From: an uncultured Acidobacteriota bacterium
GTDB taxonomy: Bacteria; Acidobacteriota; UBA6911
NCBI GenBank assembly: GCA_963827655.1
Contig: CAWHCF010000036.1
Location: 128,001-192,000 of the forward strand
Length of the DNA stretch: 64,000 bases
Direction: 5' to 3'
Numbering within the stretch: the first letter of the stretch is position 1; the number at the start of each line of letters is the position of its first letter. The notes below the pieces were generated by a model that did no database searches, was not told where the DNA came from, and saw only the letters and a list, made by a program, of their open reading frames with translations. Made by a program: the position numbers and the translations under genes. Shown here piece after piece: positions 42,901 to 52,935 of this stretch.

Positions 42901-43165
42901 CCCCGGGCTTGATGACGAACATCTCTCCGGCGAGAGCCTTGAAAGCGGTTTCTTTCGAATCGAGCCGCAGCTTGGCCATGCGCGACTTCTCGTCCGGGCC
43001 ATGGCAGGGGAAGCAGCGGTCGGAGAGCAGCGGCCGGACGTGGAAATTGAAGTCCACCTTGTCGTCCTGGGCGGTTCCCACCCGGGGCTGCAGAGGAAGC
43101 AGGGCTAAGAACCCGCAAGTCGAAAGCAGCAGCCTGATGATCGTCGCTGGTTGTACGGTCGGCAC
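39968..43165 (-). CDS. Planctomycete cytochrome c / DUF1549 / LamG / DUF1553 (PSD1) protein
   Basis: CFPCH and CARCH heme motifs, LIRRLSFDLTGLPP, WLDLARYADT, NPLTARVAVN, RRSLY, TPLQSL. Confidence 0.92.
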   Translation of the reverse strand: MPTVQPATIIRLLLSTCGFLALLPLQPRVGTAQDDKVDFNFHVRPLLSDRCFPCHGPDEKSRMAKLRLDSKETAFKALAGEMFVIKPGDPGKSEVIRRLTSTDPAQMMPPPWSNLAVSPEETDLIRRWIQQGAEFKPHWSFIPVENVQIPEVKDRKWPRNAIDRFVLSRLEPETLHPSPEASRETLIRRLSFDLTGLPPGLADIDAFVGDKSPDAYDKLVDRLLASPHYGERMANDWLDLARYADTYGYQADVDRDMSPWRDWVIRAFNENLSYDKFIFWQLAGDLIPGATHEQRLATAFNRLHRQTNEGGSVEEEFRTEYVADRVHTMGTAFLGLTLECARCHDHKFDPISQKDYYRLFAFFNNIDESGLYSHFTQATPSPTLLLYRDGVEARQKELRHKIAGAEAGLDKIQAAARGRFEEWRRSAGKDLSAEGGVSAFTFNEITGNKTANSINPSLPAELVDGPILAEGRQGSAIKFSGDNSVICKGSGAFKRTDPFSFVLWLKPAAQQARAVIFHHSRAWTDSGSRGYELVLEDGRPNFALIHFWPGNAVSVRAKDAIPPNVWSHLTVTYDGSSRAAGLSIYLNGRPMALEVVRDNLFKDIVHRKEWGDTDIDKIELTLGARFRDSGFKNGLVDDFQVFDRRLTSLEARCLADASTLQPDPAATKPDQELLEYYLNRHDREYQSALAALRRLREEESNLANDVREIMVMKELPQPRATFLLKRGGYDAPGERVEPGTPEHVMPFPDGWPRNRLGLAQWMVDRRNPLTARVAVNQVWKIHFGRGLVAKAEDFGSQGELPTYPELLDWLAGEFMTGGWNRKMLHKLIVTSATYRQASRVSPDLLARDPENRLLARGPKHRLQAEQIRDNALAASGLLVRKIGGPSVKPYQPAGLWEESGTHKTYQPDKGEGLYRRSLYTFWRRTSPPPSMLSFDAMSRESCIARRETTSTPLQSLVLLNDPQFVEAARVIAERLVRERGADIDARIVDTFRLLTSRRPEPQEREVLRRLYDDQLTYFTAHPESAGKYLATGEHPRDTKLPAADVAATAVLAGTLMNHDEFVMKR

Positions 43166-43237
43166 AATTCAGAAGTTACCATGATGGCTTGGCCTTTGAC
43201 GAGCGTCATCTTGCCCTCTGCGGCGAGCCTGTGAAAT

Positions 43238-43258
43238 CCACCGCCAGGACGCGAAGAC
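43238..43258. repeat. Palindromic-repeat family short right-arm remnant
   Basis: CCACCGCCAGGACGCGAAGAC, inverse of the GTCTTCGTGTCTTGGCGGT arm. Confidence 0.5.
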
Positions 43259-43277
43259 TTTACTCCGATTACGCCTT

Positions 43278-43335
43278 TTGGAGTGCGCAAGCTTGCTAGC
43301 GTGCGCCTTGTGGTACGGCTGCTTGCTGCCGCGCC
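43278..43335. repeat. GGAGTGCG-type REP-like half element
   Basis: GGAGTGCGCAAGCTTGC (43280-43296) is identical to 56621-56637. Confidence 0.6.
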
Positions 43336-43434
43336 CGCGGAATGTACAAACCCAACGACTGTTGGGACAAGGAAGTGTGTCTACCGAGGCACCAAGTCTT
43401 ACATGTATACTTGCCATTTTGATAGGAAATATTT

Positions 43435-43695
43435 ATGGCTGGCAAACGCACGCATGTCGTTATTCCCGAAGAGGTCGTTGACGAAATCGACAGTCTGGTT
43501 GGGAAGCGGGGTCGCAGTGATTTCCTGGTTCGTGCGGCCCTGACAGAAGTTAAACGGCTGCGCCTACTCAACGCTCTTGAAGCTGCAAGCGGAAGTTGGA
43601 AGGACGAAGACCACCCTGAACTGAAGGGCGGTGCTGCGAGCTGGGTTTCTCAGATCCGGAGGGAGGATGACAAACGCCGCAAAGGGCGGGCCTAA
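43435..43695 (+). CDS. RHH antitoxin
   Basis: KRTHVVIPEEVVDEIDSLVGKRGRSDFL, GSWKDEDHPEL; upstream of PIN gene. Confidence 0.85.
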   Translation: MAGKRTHVVIPEEVVDEIDSLVGKRGRSDFLVRAALTEVKRLRLLNALEAASGSWKDEDHPELKGGAASWVSQIRREDDKRRKGRA

Positions 43696-43701
43696 GCTGC
43701 C

Positions 43702-44091
43702 ATGGCTATGTACCTTCTCGACACTTCCGTGATCATCGATGCCCTGAACGGCAAGCGGGATAGGAAAGCGCTGTTAGCAGAGCTCGTTCGTAAAGGAGAC
43801 ATGCTCGGTTGCTGCGGTGTCAATGTTACCGAGGTCTATGCAGGGATGCGTCCGCACGAGGCTAATCTCACGGAAGAACTTCTGAGCAGCCTCGAATACT
43901 ATGACATTACCCGCCAAATCGCACGGCAGGCAGGGCTACTCAAGCGTGAGTGGGCCCGGAAGGGTAAAACGCTTTCTCTGGCTGATGTCACAATTGCTGC
44001 TGTCGCGATGGTCAACAGGCTTGTGCTCGCCACCGACAACGTGAAGCACTATCCGATGCAAGGGATCGAAATCTATCGACTCCCAGAGTGA
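43702..44091 (+). CDS. vapC: VapC PIN-domain toxin
   Basis: YLLDTSVIID, EVYAG, ADVTIAAVA, LATDNVKHY. Confidence 0.92.
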   Translation: MAMYLLDTSVIIDALNGKRDRKALLAELVRKGDMLGCCGVNVTEVYAGMRPHEANLTEELLSSLEYYDITRQIARQAGLLKREWARKGKTLSLADVTIAAVAMVNRLVLATDNVKHYPMQGIEIYRLPE

Positions 44092-44496
44092 AATTGGACT
44101 CCGCTCACCGCAATGACAACCTGACACCGCGATAGCGTTGCCCTGATGCAGGTCATTGCCGATGCCTCACGCTAATCGCGCTGCACCCTACCGCGTAAGT
44201 CAGCACGCGGAAGCGGCGTCCTGTAGCTCAAGTCGTCCCCTTTCGCCGAAACCTCACTGCCCCGTGGCGATCAAGTCGAGTTGGCGGCCCCGTCCCGCAC
44301 ATCCTAAATGATACAATCAGCAACAAAACGTGCCATCAGTGCCCAGTAGATCCATTTTGCTTTCTGCTGTACCTTGGACGTGATGAAGCGGTCAGGTTTC
44401 CGGGCGGAAACGCGATTGTTGAAAACCGCACCACCTGAGATCGCGCCCTCATTTCATGCATCGCCACGGGGTCTTTCGCGAGCAGAGGGAGGTGTC

Positions 44497-46136
44497 ATGC
44501 AAACAAACGACCGGCGAAAGTTTCTCAAACAACTTCTCTCTTCCGGCGCGCTGCTGGCTGCGGAACCCTGGTCAGCCAGTCTTGGCTACTCCCAGACGAA
44601 GGGCCGGCGCGAGCGATCATCCATTCGGAAAGACATCGATCCGACCTCGATCGACGGCTTCTGGGCGCCTTCCTGGAGCATCTCGGGCGGGCCATTTACA
44701 CAGGCGTCTATGAACCCGGGTCGAAGCTCGCCGATAAAAAAGGGTTTCGCACCGATGTAGCCGCGGAAATCAAGAATCTCGACGTGCCGATCATGCGGTA
44801 TCCCGGCGGAAATTTTGTTTCCGGCTACAACTGGCTGGACGGAGTCGGCCCGAAGGACAAGCGGCCAACCGTCCTGGAGCGCGCCTGGAATTCGCTTGAG
44901 ACGAATCAATTCGGGACCAACGAATTCATCGAATGGTGCAGGTTGGTCAACACGGAACCGCTGCTCGGCTTTAACCTCGGTACCGGGACGGCGGAAATGG
45001 CCGTCGCTTACGTTGAGTACTGCAACGTAGACCGAGGCACAAAATGGAGCGAGCTACGTCGCGCGCACGGCTACGATCAAGGGCACAACGTGCGTTACTG
45101 GTGCCTGGGCAATGAAATGGATGGCCCCTGGCAGATGGGACACATGACCGCTCGCGAATATGGCCGCAAGGCGCGGGATGCCGCGCGCCAAATCCGAGTC
45201 ATTGATCCATCGCTTCAACTCATCGCCTGCGGATCGAGCAACACGATTCTGCCGACGTACCTGGTGTGGGATCGCGAGGTCCTCGAAGAGTGTTACGATC
45301 AGGTGGACGGAATCTCGCTGCACAATTACTACGGCAACACGGAGCAGTTGACCGGCAACAGCACCGAGCGTTTTCTCGCCATGAATCTGGACATGGAAAG
45401 ACAGATTCACGAAGTCGGTGCCGTTTGCGACTATGTGCAGGGACTGCTGAAGTCGCCCAAGCGTCTTTGGCTTTCATTCGACGAATGGAATATCTGGTAT
45501 CGCGCCCGGAGCGCCCCTTTCCGGGACGGCAAACGGGCTTTTGCGCCAAAGTTGCTGGAAGAAGTGTACAACCTCGAAGATGCCTTGCTGGTCGGCGGGT
45601 TTGTGAACACGTTGCTACGCCAGGCGGAGCGTGTGCGCGTCGGGTGTATCGCTCAGATCGTCAACGTCATTGCGCCCCTGGTAACCAACGAGACTTCGGT
45701 TCTGCGCCAGAGCATCTATCATCCCTATGGGTGGGCGCTCAAGCACGCTCAGGGGAAGGTTCTCGATGTGCGCGTCGAATCTGAAACCTACCGCATCAAA
45801 CCCGAAGGGCTCCGGGCCGATTTTGCGCGTGACGAGCAGGTGCCGTTCCTCGATATTGCCGCTACCATGAACCCGAAAAATGGTCAGATCACGTTGTTCA
45901 TGCTGAATCGCGACCTGCAATCGGAACGCGAGCTGATGCTGGATTGGCGCGACATAACCCCAACGCGGGTGCTCGGCTGCGAAACCCTGACGGGTTCGGA
46001 TCTCAAAGCGTTCAATACTTTTGAGAAACCCACTCAGGTCGCGCCACAACCGCTCGACCCTCCGAAAGCCGGCGCGAAAATGACCCTCAGGATGCCACCG
46101 CGCTCCTACAGCATGGTCAGGATTGCGACGAATTAG
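44497..46136 (+). CDS. abfA: Alpha-L-arabinofuranosidase (GH51), Tat signal, frameshift(s) near 44600-44640
   Basis: DRRKFLK; GAFLEHLGRAIYTG in shifted frame; RYPGGNFVSGYNW, WCLGNEMDGPWQ, SFDEWNIW. Confidence 0.9.
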
Positions 46137-46380
46137 TATGAAGCTCGCAGGCCGCAAGACGAGGCCTTTGGGGGCGGACGGTGATTCGTTGCGGGGGTTT
46201 GGCGGCTTTGGCGTTCAGCCGCGATGCATCTGTCGCGCCCCAGGGCTGCGGCGACTCGTTTGGGTCTCCCAGTCGAGGAATCGGGATTCGGTAGGCTTTG
46301 CGTCTTTGTCTCTTAGAATCGGTTACATCGCTCTTTACTCTTTACGAGGCATCGGTCGGGCGGTATCAGGAAAACCCTTA

Positions 46381-46456
46381 GCGAGCCCGCGCAGTCGATC
46401 CTTACGACTTGGATTTAGCTCGCGCGCGGCTCGTCGGCTGCAGCGCGGTGTTATTC
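46381..46456 (-). other. Truncated integron attC-like site
   Basis: Minus strand GAATAAC-ACCGC-GCTGCAGC-CGACGAGCCGCGC...GCGCGGGCTCGC; L' and R' boxes missing. Confidence 0.6.
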
Positions 46457-46698
46457 TCAGTCAGACCCGCTGCAAATTGTTCGATCGATGTCACCGCCTG
46501 TTCCTTTGATCTTCTCTTCAAGAATCTCATGAACTTTTCGCTGCTACCTAATTCAGCCACTTCTCGGTCAAACTCATCAGCTTCCTCCAGCACGAAGGTC
46601 GCACCATCCTTAGAGACCAGCAATACTGACTTCTTCCGAGCCATCGCCAAAAGCTCACCCACTGAGGGTGATTCTTTCTTTAGGTTCACGGTCTTCAC
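46402..46698 (-). CDS. Antitoxin downstream of RelE-like toxin
   Basis: GTGA overlap with toxin stop; MKTVNL..SVGELLAMARK..EADEFDREVAEL..KFMRFL; C-terminus reads into the attC-like site. Confidence 0.8.
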   Translation of the reverse strand: MKTVNLKKESPSVGELLAMARKKSVLLVSKDGATFVLEEADEFDREVAELGSSEKFMRFLKRRSKEQAVTSIEQFAAGLTENNTALQPTSRARAKSKS

Positions 46699-46989
46699 AG
46701 TTGCACCTTCTTTCCTTGAATAAAGAGGTCATTGTGCTCCTTATCGTCCGACGGCAACAACTTTCACACTATTACCCCCTTCAATTGAGTAGAACACTCG
46801 GAACCTCTCGATTCGGAGTTCCCATGGAGCGATCGGGTTCGGTCTCAACGGCTTCTTCCTTCTTGTTCTGGTTTCTGCATCCGTCTTTAAGTGAGCGATG
46901 ATCCCGGCTACGATCAGGCGTTGCTCATACGTTTCGAAGTGAGCGATGTCCTTCTTTGCACTCTCAGTGAGCGAGATCCGATATTCCAT
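46695..46989 (-). CDS. RelE/ParE family toxin, 1-bp insertion near 46745
   Basis: YRISLTESAKKDI, KPLRPNPIAPWELRIERFRVFY, VVAVG.KEHNDLFIQGKKVQL after correction. Confidence 0.85.
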
Positions 46990-47433
46990 TGATGGATGGT
47001 ATCGGGAAAATACGCTCCTCTCAAGGTAAGCGTACTGAGAAGTACGCATAACATGCGCTCAGCGTCGGGCCGGCGGTCCCAACGAGTTTATCCAGGGCAG
47101 TCGTGATCGCAAGGTGGAGCTTGTCGAGATTTTGTAACTCTGCCGGCCAGAAGTCTCCGATTCGTTGTTCATGGATCAGTCAACCCCCTTGTCGCCGAGC
47201 CCGCATGCTTTGGGGGATGTGTTCAAGAGGACGTTGCACCCGCGCAACTCAAAGACGTATGTTAATTGCCCGGCTCAAGCCAGTTTGTGAACCTGGACGA
47301 AGTGAGCCCGGTTGATGCCGTTCGCTTCCTCGGCAGCCTGTGAGGGCCCAAGGCAGAAAGGTCATCAATTGCCCAAAGGAAAGACAAGCGCTGATGCGGA
47401 TTTTCGAATCATCAAAAAAACATGGAGGACGCG

Positions 47434-48267
47434 ATGAGCAGAATCGTTGTCGGTCAGGAGAATTCGCAACCTATCGAGCTCTACTACAAGGACTGGGGAA
47501 CAGGACAGCCCGTAGTCTTCAGCCATGGCTGGCCGCTGACGGGGGACGCATGGGAAGACCAAATGCTGTTCCTGGCCTCTCGTGGATACCGGTGCATCGC
47601 GCATGACCGTCGCGGCCATGGCCGTTCGAGTCAACCGTGGAACGGCAACGACATGGATACCTATGCCGATGACCTGGCGAAGGTCATCGAAACGCTCGAC
47701 CTGAAGAGCGTAATCCTTGTTGGTCACTCGACCGGCGGCGGCGAAGTCACTCGCTATATCGGCCGTCACGGCACGAAACGAGTGGCCAAGGCCGTACTGA
47801 TCGGCGCGGTGCCGCCCCTGATGCTGAAGACGGCGGCCAATCCCGGTGGCTTGCCGATCGACGTGTTCGACGGCATCCGCGCTAACGTCCTGAGTGACCG
47901 CTCGCAGTTCTTCAAGGACCTCACCACTCCCTTCTACGGCGCCAACAGGCCCGGCGCCAAGGTCTCGCAAGGCTTGCGGGATTCGTTCTGGCTTCAAGGG
48001 ATGCAGGCCGGTTTCAAGAACGCCTTCGACTGCATCAAAGCATTCTCCGAAACGGACCTCACCGAAGACCTCAAAAAGTTCGACGTGCCGACCCTTATCA
48101 TCCACGGTGACGATGATCAGATCGTCCCGATCAACAACTCCGCCATGCCCTCTGCGAAGCTGGTCAAGAACGCGCAACTTAAGGTCTACAAGGGTGGGTC
48201 CCACGGACTGTGCTCGACCCAAAAGGACGAAGTCAACGCGGATCTGCTGGCGTTTTTCAAAGCGTAA
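47434..48267 (+). CDS. cpo: Non-heme chloroperoxidase / arylesterase (alpha/beta hydrolase)
   Basis: [43 protein letters not shown]. Confidence 0.92.
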   Translation: MSRIVVGQENSQPIELYYKDWGTGQPVVFSHGWPLTGDAWEDQMLFLASRGYRCIAHDRRGHGRSSQPWNGNDMDTYADDLAKVIETLDLKSVILVGHSTGGGEVTRYIGRHGTKRVAKAVLIGAVPPLMLKTAANPGGLPIDVFDGIRANVLSDRSQFFKDLTTPFYGANRPGAKVSQGLRDSFWLQGMQAGFKNAFDCIKAFSETDLTEDLKKFDVPTLIIHGDDDQIVPINNSAMPSAKLVKNAQLKVYKGGSHGLCSTQKDEVNADLLAFFKA

Positions 48268-48341
48268 TCGTAGCGCTTCGGGACGAGCAGGTCCGACACA
48301 CCGCGTTCATCAACAGCAACCGTAGTCAAGGTACGCGTGAC

Positions 48342-48371
48342 GCTTTCAGCCTTCAGCTTTCAGCGATCAGC
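48342..48371. repeat. Short 7-bp tandem repeat (NNTCAGC) x4
   Basis: GC-TTTCAGC-CTTCAGC-TTTCAGC-GATCAGC. Confidence 0.55.
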
Positions 48372-48562
48372 TTCACCAAAGCTTCTTTGCCAGCGCGAGA
48401 GAAGTCACGGTGAAAGAATCTGAGGAAGATTGGAAAGATAGACGCAAAGCACGATTTTACGATATGAGAGATGTTAATCTTGAAAACCCCCCTGACCAGA
48501 GTCGTGAATGATTGGGTAAACTGATGGATGAATAATTTCCCCACCTATGAGAGGAGATGTCC

Positions 48563-48994
48563 ATGAGTTCCGAGTCCAGAAGAATGGCGGGAATCCTCCT
48601 GGTAATTTTGCCGACCGTCATGATCGGGGGTGTGAGCATCCTGACATTACTCATCGGGACGCCCGAATACATGGCGAACAAACTCCGGCAGGATCTCTGG
48701 CGGGCCGGTCACGCGCATGCGGGCGTGTTTCTGCTCCTGTCCCTTGTAGCGCTCCGCTATGTGGACGAAGCGGTTTTGTCGGCAAGAGCCAGGTGGTTTG
48801 TGCGAACGAGCCTACCGGCGGCTGCGATCATCGTGCCGTTTGCGTTCTTTTTCTCCGTCCTGTCGCCGGATGCCACGAAACCGAACGGTCTTATCCAGAT
48901 TGCCTACGTCGGCGCGGCGGTTCTCGCGCTGGGTGTGATCACGTTGGGAGTCGGCCTGCTGAGGACGAGACCTCCGTTGAAAGGCGCCCTCTAA
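48563..48994 (+). CDS. Small 4-TM membrane protein with RAGHAHAG motif
   Basis: GAGGAG RBS; four hydrophobic segments; WRAGHAHAGVFL. Confidence 0.8.
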   Translation: MSSESRRMAGILLVILPTVMIGGVSILTLLIGTPEYMANKLRQDLWRAGHAHAGVFLLLSLVALRYVDEAVLSARARWFVRTSLPAAAIIVPFAFFFSVLSPDATKPNGLIQIAYVGAAVLALGVITLGVGLLRTRPPLKGAL

Positions 48995-49180
48995 CACCAC
49001 CGAGAATTCAGCGCGGCCGTCGGCATGAGTTCCGATTGCTATCGAAGCAGATCCAGGATTCGCTGAGCGCGAGCAGCTGATGGCTCCGCTGTCCGGGGCC
49101 GTGCTTCCAGCGGGCTGCTCGCCACGTTCAGCCGCTCCGGCCTCATCTCCTACATGGTTGCGCGCAGGAAAGAGAGCAAG

Positions 49181-49228
49181 TTTACAAATCCTTGACATCT
49201 TTTTACCTCCCCTTGACACATCTCGACA
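49181..49228 (+). promoter_or_regulatory. Phased direct repeats, putative OmpR/PhoB-family binding array
   Basis: TTTACA 49181, TTGACA 49192, TTTACC 49202, TTGACA 49213, TCGACA 49223 (10-11 bp period) upstream of the two-component operon. Confidence 0.6.
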
Positions 49229-49305
49229 TGCAACCGGTGTATGCTTCGTTCGTATGCCGCAGGGTTTGCGGCTGAAATGAGGTCGAAGGGGTCGAGGAGA
49301 ACCGG

Positions 49306-51039
49306 ATGGGCAACTGGGTGAAAAAGTTCTGGAGGGGCAACAACCGGTTCCGGCTCATGCTCACGCTGGAACTGGCGGTCATGCTGCCGGCGGCGGCGCT
49401 CATCTATGTCAATTTCCACCACTTGAAATCCATCAAGCGCGACAAAGCGCTGGAGGCCGCCATTCACCGTGACTTCCAGGACATGCTCGCCATCTCCGAG
49501 AAGAAGATGAATCAGAAGGTTTACACGATGACGGAAGAGGTGAGGGATCTTTTCCCGTCTCCGGATAACGACACGGAGCCGGACAAGAAAAATAAGCTTG
49601 ACCTGAAAAATAAGCTTGACCTGGTCTTGTCCAAGGAGTCCCTGGCTGGCGCACGTGTTCCTCTTCGACGCCCAGAAAGGCTTCCTGTTTCGTTCACAGC
49701 CGCAGCAGATGCATAACCACGACTTTCATGAGGAGCATGAGCGCCTTTCCAGAATGTTCGGTGGATGGCTCGGCATCGACGCCAAGATGATCCTGGAAGG
49801 GATCCACAAGAGGAACCGGCCCATGTGGTGCTACAGCTTTGAAGCAAAGCGGGCCGGGGGCGATGCTTTCATGACCACAGTCTTCTTCACGTTTGCCGCG
49901 GCTTTCCAAGGACCGGATCGTATTAGGCGGCGCCGTCTTCGAACCCAATTACCTGAAACAAACCTTCTTTCCGCAGATGCTCGAGGAGCTGATCGCACCT
50001 AAATCGACTGAGGAAGGCGGAAACCGGCTTGCCATGATGGTCTATCCCGTGGACCACGAGGGAGGGCGCCGGAGGCAAGCTGCTCGCCGCTTCGGCCGGC
50101 TGGAAAGAAGGGGAGCCCGAGGTCACGCGCAACCTCGAAGATGTTTTTCGTGGGCTGGCGCTGGGGATCAAGTACGAGGGTACGAGCGTCGATGCGATCG
50201 GCCGGGCGTTGGTTCAGCGCGGTTTTCTCATCCTCGGCGTTCTTTCCTTGCTCGTGGTCGGCGGCCTGGCGCTGACTTACCGCAGCGTCAGCAAGGAGGT
50301 GGAATTGGCTCGCCTGAAGTCCGATTTCGTTTCCAACGTGTCGCACGAACTACGGACTCCGCTGTCGCTGATCCGGCTTTACGCGGAAACGCTCGAACTT
50401 GGCCGCATCAAGACCCAGGAAAAGATGGAAGAGTATTACCGCATCATCCGCAAGGAAAGCGAGCGGCTGAGCGCATTGATCAACAACATCCTTGATTTCT
50501 CCCGCATCGAGGCCGGACGCAAGGAGTACGACTTCCGCAAGACCGACATCGCCGAACTCGTGGGCAATACGCTCGACGCGTATCGCTACCAGATCGAACA
50601 ACAGGGTTTCTTATTTGAGCAGAGCATCGACTCGAGCATCCCACCGGTGCGTGTGGACCGGGAAGCCATTGCGCGTTCGCTCGTCAACCTGATCAACAAC
50701 GCGCTGAAATACTCGAGTGACGAAAAGTTCCTGGGCGTGAAACTGTACCGGGCAGACAGCGTTTTGAAGCTCGAGGTCATGGATCGCGGCATCGGCATAG
50801 CGCGCAGCGAGCAGTCGAAGATTTTCGAGAAGTTCTACCGGGCCGGCGACCCGCTGGTGCACAACACAAAGGGAAGCGGCCTGGGCCTGTCGCTGGTCCG
50901 CCACATCGCGCACGCGCATGGTGGAGAGGTGGAGGTGGAAAGCGCACCGGGGAAAGGCAGTAAGTTCACTCTCTCGCTGCCGCTGGCGGCGGCTACCCAG
51001 CAGCCGGCCAATGGGGCAGCATCAGGGGCAACGGCATGA
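49306..51039 (+). CDS. Membrane sensor histidine kinase, about 3 frameshifts
   Basis: Two TM segments; FVSNVSHELRTPL (H box), NLINNALKYS, DRGIGI, GSGLGLS. Confidence 0.9.
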
Positions 51040-51832
51040 CAAAAACGAGAACCGACTTCTCCGGGCAACCAAACGGCCGCCCGACCGGCGCCCGATCCGG
51101 CGTTAGCCAAGCCAGCGCACAGAAGCGATACGGAGCGCGACTTCGGGCAGGAAAACCCGCATTTTGATCGTCGAGGACGAACCCGCCATGGTGGCCGGTC
51201 TGCGCGACAACTTTGAGTACGAGGGCTACGACGTGATCAGCGCCGACGACGGAGAGTCAGGGCTCGAGCGCGCCCTGGCGGATGATCCCGATCTCGTGGT
51301 GCTGGACGTGATGATGCCACGAATGAGCGGTCTCGAGGTTTGCAAGCGGGTGAAGGCCAAGCGGCCGTCCGTCCCCATCATCATGCTGACCGCGCGCGGC
51401 CAGGAAATCGACAAGGTTGTGGGCCTGGAGCTGGGCGCCGATGATTACGTCACCAAGCCATTCTCCATCCGCGAACTCATAGCGCGCGTGAAAGCGGTGC
51501 TGCGACGCGCCTCGCTGCAGGCGCGCGCTCCCGAGATGTATCGGTTCAGCGACGTCGAGGTCAACATCCGTGGCAATGAAGTGCGACGCGCCGGCAAGCC
51601 CGTCGAGCTCTCGGCGAAGGAGTTCGCGCTGCTGGTCTACTTCATCTCCCATCCTGCGGAAACGCTTAGCCGCGACCGCCTGCTGGATGCGGTGTGGGGC
51701 TACGAGAACTACCCGAGCACGCGCACGGTCGACACCCACATCGTTCACCTCAGGCAGAAGCTGGAACCGAATCCCGAGGAGCCGCGGTTCATTCTGACCG
51801 TGCACGGCACCGGCTACAAGTTCGTCGAATGA
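51036..51832 (+). CDS. OmpR/PhoB family response regulator (ATGA overlap with kinase; likely frameshift near 51105)
   Basis: ILIVEDE, LDVMMP, GADDYVTKPF, RTVDTHIVHLRQKLE, TVHGTGYKF. Confidence 0.92.
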
Positions 51833-52723
51833 GGTCAACGTCTCATGAGTCAATCAGGATTCTTGGCAGGGCAGGCGGGCGATATCCAGGTCGTCTCCGC
51901 CCCGACGCCAGATCTCAGGTAATCGGGGACGCTACCGGGAGCTGGAGCTGAAGCTCGCGGCACTGCAGAAGGATTACGCCGATCTTCACACCGCACTCTT
52001 CGAAGCTGCGCAGGTGCACCGGCGCCTGTGCGCCCCGCGTCTGGTGCGGCACGGCGACTTCGACATTGCCAGCGAGATTTTTGCCGTTCGCTACTTGCCC
52101 GGTGACTTTTTCACCCTGGAGGAGACAAGCGGCGGCACCATCCTCGCCCTGGGTGACATCTGCGGCAAGGGTCTGGCGGCAGGGATGTGGACCACTTATC
52201 TGGTCGGGCTGGTTGGCGCGCACGCGGCCGCAAGCCCTGAGCCCGCAGGCAATCGTCGACCGGCGTGAACCGCGAGCTCTGCCGGATGTCATCCGGCGCG
52301 CCGCTGGCCAGCTTGTTCCTGGCAGTGCTCGATTCAACCACGGGAAGGCTCGATTACTGCAGCGCCGGCCATCCTCCCACGCTGCTGTTGCGCGCGGACG
52401 GTCAACTTGAGTTGCTTTCGGAAGGTGGAACGCTGCTGGGCGCAGTCCCTGAGGCTTCCTTCGCCAGGGGACGCGTGGAACTGCGCGCCGGCGACGTGAT
52501 GCTGGCTTACTCCGATGGGATCCTCGAGTCACGCAACAACGCCGACCAGGAATTCGGCTATCAGCGCATCGAGGCGCAACTGCGCCTCGCGCGCACCGGC
52601 TCGGCCGATGCCGTGCTGTTTTCGGTGTTGGGCGCGGTTCAAGATTTCGCCGCTCCCCGCCACTTGATCGACGACACCTCACTCGTCGTCGTGCGTCGCC
52701 GCAATCCACAAGGTAACGCATGA
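51829..52723 (+). CDS. PP2C/SpoIIE-family phosphatase, about 2 frameshifts
   Basis: PGDFF, LGDICGKGLAA, SAGHPP, YSDGILE, DDTSLVV. Confidence 0.85.
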
Positions 52724-52769
52724 GGAGGATCGTCGGGAACAACCGGGCTCAAGTAAAAAACGAGGGAAT

Positions 52770-52935
52770 CATGTGTCTTGGATACTATGACGAGAAGGAA
52801 TTGGACAGAATGCCCGAAAGCGAGGACAGCACTTTTATGGAAGAGGGCTTCGCCAATGACGATGGGCTTCGGAAGAGCGGTTACTGCGGCAAAGCGATTA
52901 TCATGGACGGCCCATTCGCCGAAACCAAGGAATAG
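52770..52935 (+). pseudogene. YciI/YCII-related gene remnant
   Basis: MCLGYYDEK...DDGLRKSG / DGPFAETKE-stop; central part and C-terminus absent; ends at a repeat unit. Confidence 0.65.

Noticed and set aside
48988-49095. Possible attC after the 4-TM gene (CTCTAAC...)
   Set aside because: No matching GTTRRRY end or convincing L-box pairing
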